Shown here: piece by piece, positions 60,998-64,000 of the stretch
How positions within the stretch are numbered: position 1 is the first letter of the stretch
Layout: every line of letters begins with the position of its first letter
Assembly: GCF_001194135.2 (NCBI RefSeq)
Contig: NC_068983.1
Coordinates: forward strand, 99,445,535-99,509,534
Reading direction: 5' to 3'
Length of the DNA: 64,000 nucleotides
Source: Octopus bimaculoides
Lineage: Eukaryota
Program-made: the position numbers and the translations under genes
The notes under the pieces: model-generated
Seen by the model: the letters and a program-made list of their open reading frames with translations, nothing else
What the model was told of the DNA's origin: nothing
Databases searched by the model: none

Positions 60998-62486
60998 GTT
61001 TAGAAGATTTCTTTATATTGCTCTTTTCACTAATTGAAAAGTATTGATGCTCTGGTAGCCATCCAGCTTTATTGTTATTGTGTTGATATTTAGTGATATT
61101 ATTATTTAATCATTTTACTGCAGAAATCTTATATGTCCACTCAAAATTTCTTTAACTGCAGCAAACATTTTTATATATCAATCTGTCTTTTGTTGAGGAA
61201 TGTCATATTTGAAACTATTTTCTGTTGAGATATATCAAGTTTATTGAGACAATGTGACTTTCAGAAAATATCAGTTGTATTTTTTCGTTGATATTTAACT
61301 TCATTACTGGAATAACCATAAAATTTAATTTCACAATGAAAAGGTTAAAGCAGCTTGACCTAATTACATTATGAAGACCAATGATGACTGTTACAGAAAG
61401 AAATTTTCTTGGTTGTAAACTGACAGATATTTATGTGAATAAGATATCATTTCGTAGTCATAATGACAAAGCTGATATCATTTTGACATCCCCATTCCAT
61501 GCTTGTGTGGGTTGTACAAAGTTTATTGTGGCAGATTTTCTCCAGCTGGATGCTTTTCTTGTCACCAATCCCCTCCTATTTCCAAACAAGGTATTATTTC
61601 CTCATGGCACAGAATATTAAAAACGAATGACACTGTTTGTATGACAGCAACACTTGTTTTACAACTATTACATGGTAACATACATACACTCACACACATA
61701 TATACATAGATACATATTCTCACATATACAAACACACACACTTACATGTATAATGGGCTTCTTTCTGTTTCCATCTAGCAAGTCCACTCACAAGTCTTTG
61801 GTTGGTCTGGACTATAGTAGATAACACTTGCCCAATGTGTCACATAATGGGACAAAATCTGAAATCATGAGACTGGGAAACAAATTTCTTCTTCACACAG
61901 CCCCACCTGCGTCTCTAACCAACAAGTACAAGAACAAAAAAACACCAAAGAGTTTGATATTAGCATCTATTGTGAATATAATAAAATCTGGTATATTATA
62001 TTTGAAGTGGCTATGAGAAATATGTAACAAATCTTTTTCTACATGCTTTTATATTTCTATGATTATTTACAACATTTTAACTGTCAACAGTTCTCATTTC
62101 TATCATATGCTCCTGATTTTAGTGCGTTCATGTGAGTGTTTGCTCCTGTATATGTCATGTTAGCTGGATTAGTTATATGTTTAACTATTAGGATTTCTCA
62201 AGACTAAATACAAGGTGAACTGATGATCTTATGTATAGCCATTGATTGTAATTTTGATTGATCTCAAATAGACCTTATGATTTCATTGATAATCCAAGTG
62301 AAAAGTTTATTACCAAAGAGAGAATTTCCATCACTAAAAAAAAGAATCAAACTTTGGAGTCTCTCCCACAACCAAAAATAATTGAAAGATAAATGGTAGC
62401 TGTTGCATTTATATTTATTTTAAAATATAATTTCCATCATATAAAATATAAAATATAATTTCCAACATTACCTTTCTCTATTCTAG

Positions 62487-62791
62487 TTTTCCTTGGACAT
62501 AAACAAAAGGAAAAGCATGAAAACAACAACCCTTATATCAACAAAAAGTTCCAAAATAGTAATTCTATCATGGTACCAAGAACATCACCAGTGGAGAGAC
62601 AAGTTGAGCAGAAGCAGAGTTTTAGTGTCAAGGAGCCAAACCAAAGAACGTCTATTGCAATTAACCCATACACTATAGTGTTTCATGCAGAATCTTTTAT
62701 CAGTGCAAGGAAACCTTTTCTAAATGGACATTTGATGGGAAAACAAACACATGAAATATTGGAACAATTGGAAAATAGTCAAGTCTCATAG
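62487..62791 (+). CDS. Uncharacterised gene, terminal coding exon
   Basis: ctattctag acceptor; phase-1 frame open about 100 codons to TAG (includes ORF 62570-62791); the 7 exons total 1035 nt = 344 aa plus stop. Confidence 0.65.
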
Positions 62792-63483
62792 TTGTTTCAT
62801 GCACTGAAAATATTTGATATTAGTGGTTTCATTGTTAAGAAGCACTTTATATTTATTAATTTTTGGATTCATATATATATATATATATCTTCGAAACGCC
62901 GGTGTTAAAACGGAGGTAGCTGATGAAGTAGAATGTTCTCTATGTGGATTGTGTGTTTTCTCGTCTCTGTTTTGTTTGCAATGTCCTGTACCCAGATATG
63001 CACCTATACATACAGGTGGATGTCGGTATGCACATACCTGTACGTATATATGCATATACTCATTTACTATTTGTTTATATATATATATATATATCAGTGG
63101 CGTGCAGTCTCAGACATGCAAGCTATGCGCTGCATGGCTTGTTATATAATCGGAAAATTAGATAAAATAGTTACTTTCTTGCAAAAAATAATCCGTCCAG
63201 TTTTCGAAATATTCTGTCTCCCCTTCCCCTCTCTCAGTGACTAGTAAAAGCTTTGAGAATCCAGCATATAGACACTCCCTAACTCCCTATCTATGTTAGT
63301 TTGTCCTTCCTTCCTTCTCCTCTCTCTCTCTCTCTTAGTGACCTGTCAAAAAATATGCTAGGACCGATCTCCCCTTCCCCTCTCTCAGTGACTAGAAAAA
63401 GCTTTGAGAAGGGTATGCAATGAGAATCTAGCATATAGACACTCTCTAACTCCCTATCTATGTTAGTTTGTCCTTCCTTCCTT

Positions 63484-63516
<33 letters not shown>

Positions 63517-64000
63517 CAGTGACCTGTCAAAAGATATGCTAAGACCGATAGCATATATATTTTGTACCCCTTCCTCTCTCTGTCAGTGATTCCACAAATT
63601 TATCGTAGGAAGTAATGCTTTCTGATAATAGCATGGCCCCCACCTCTCTATCTCTTTGTTAGCTGGTTCTGACCGGAACTAGAGCAGTTCTCAAGAACTG
63701 CTATAATTAGCCATAATTCTTGGAACAGCCTGGTGGTAAGTTTGAATCTTTTATCCAAGACATCTGTTTGCACTATTATATTTTTGGAGTGTTCTGAAAA
63801 CAAAAATATTTAATTTGACTAACGTCATTTTTCCGTTTTTTTAATTTTTTTATTTACTTACAATATACACAGATGCTTACACGTGTGTTACTTTTTTCCA
63901 AATGAGTGAAATGTGTGTTATAAACGATATTTTGAGAAATAGTTTTTCAAAAAGAGACTTCGATGGAAAACAATTAATTATAAACGGTGGGTGACAAAAG

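Noticed and set aside
62493-62678. ORF as a phase-0 terminal exon of the second gene
   Set aside because: Exon 60895-60997 ends in phase 1, selecting the longer overlapping frame ending at 62791
62889-62935. gaaacgccggtgtt followed by ctgatgaag (permuted hammerhead?)
   Set aside because: Stems I and II cannot be paired convincingly

Overview
AT-rich eukaryotic genomic DNA with about ten N-gaps, most next to (TA)n/(CA)n microsatellites. The SINE/LINE repertoire points to an octopus (inferred, not proven). Two spliced + strand genes can be reconstructed by hand from splice sites and exon phases. The first is TTC25/ODAD4 (outer dynein arm docking TPR protein): 9 coding exons from 1191 to 29061 plus a probable last exon near 32222; one internal exon and the 5' exons are not visible. 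The second is an unnamed 7-exon, 344-aa gene (44225-62791) with an N-terminal coiled coil, RPxSA motifs and one GC-AG intron. Introns are packed with tRNA-headed SINEs, RTE, R4-like and Tx1-like LINE fragments, two Tc1 and two mariner relics, piggyBac-like MITEs and short Helitrons. The main unexplained structure is a set of type I hammerhead-ribozyme (HHR) motifs from five unrelated sequence families. Four of them sit in fold-back (long inverted repeat) elements, and one of these also carries a Penelope-type GIY-YIG endonuclease relic. Every HHR copy in the host-gene sense orientation carries a lesion predicted to weaken cleavage. All structures were read by eye; no folding, alignment or database search was run.
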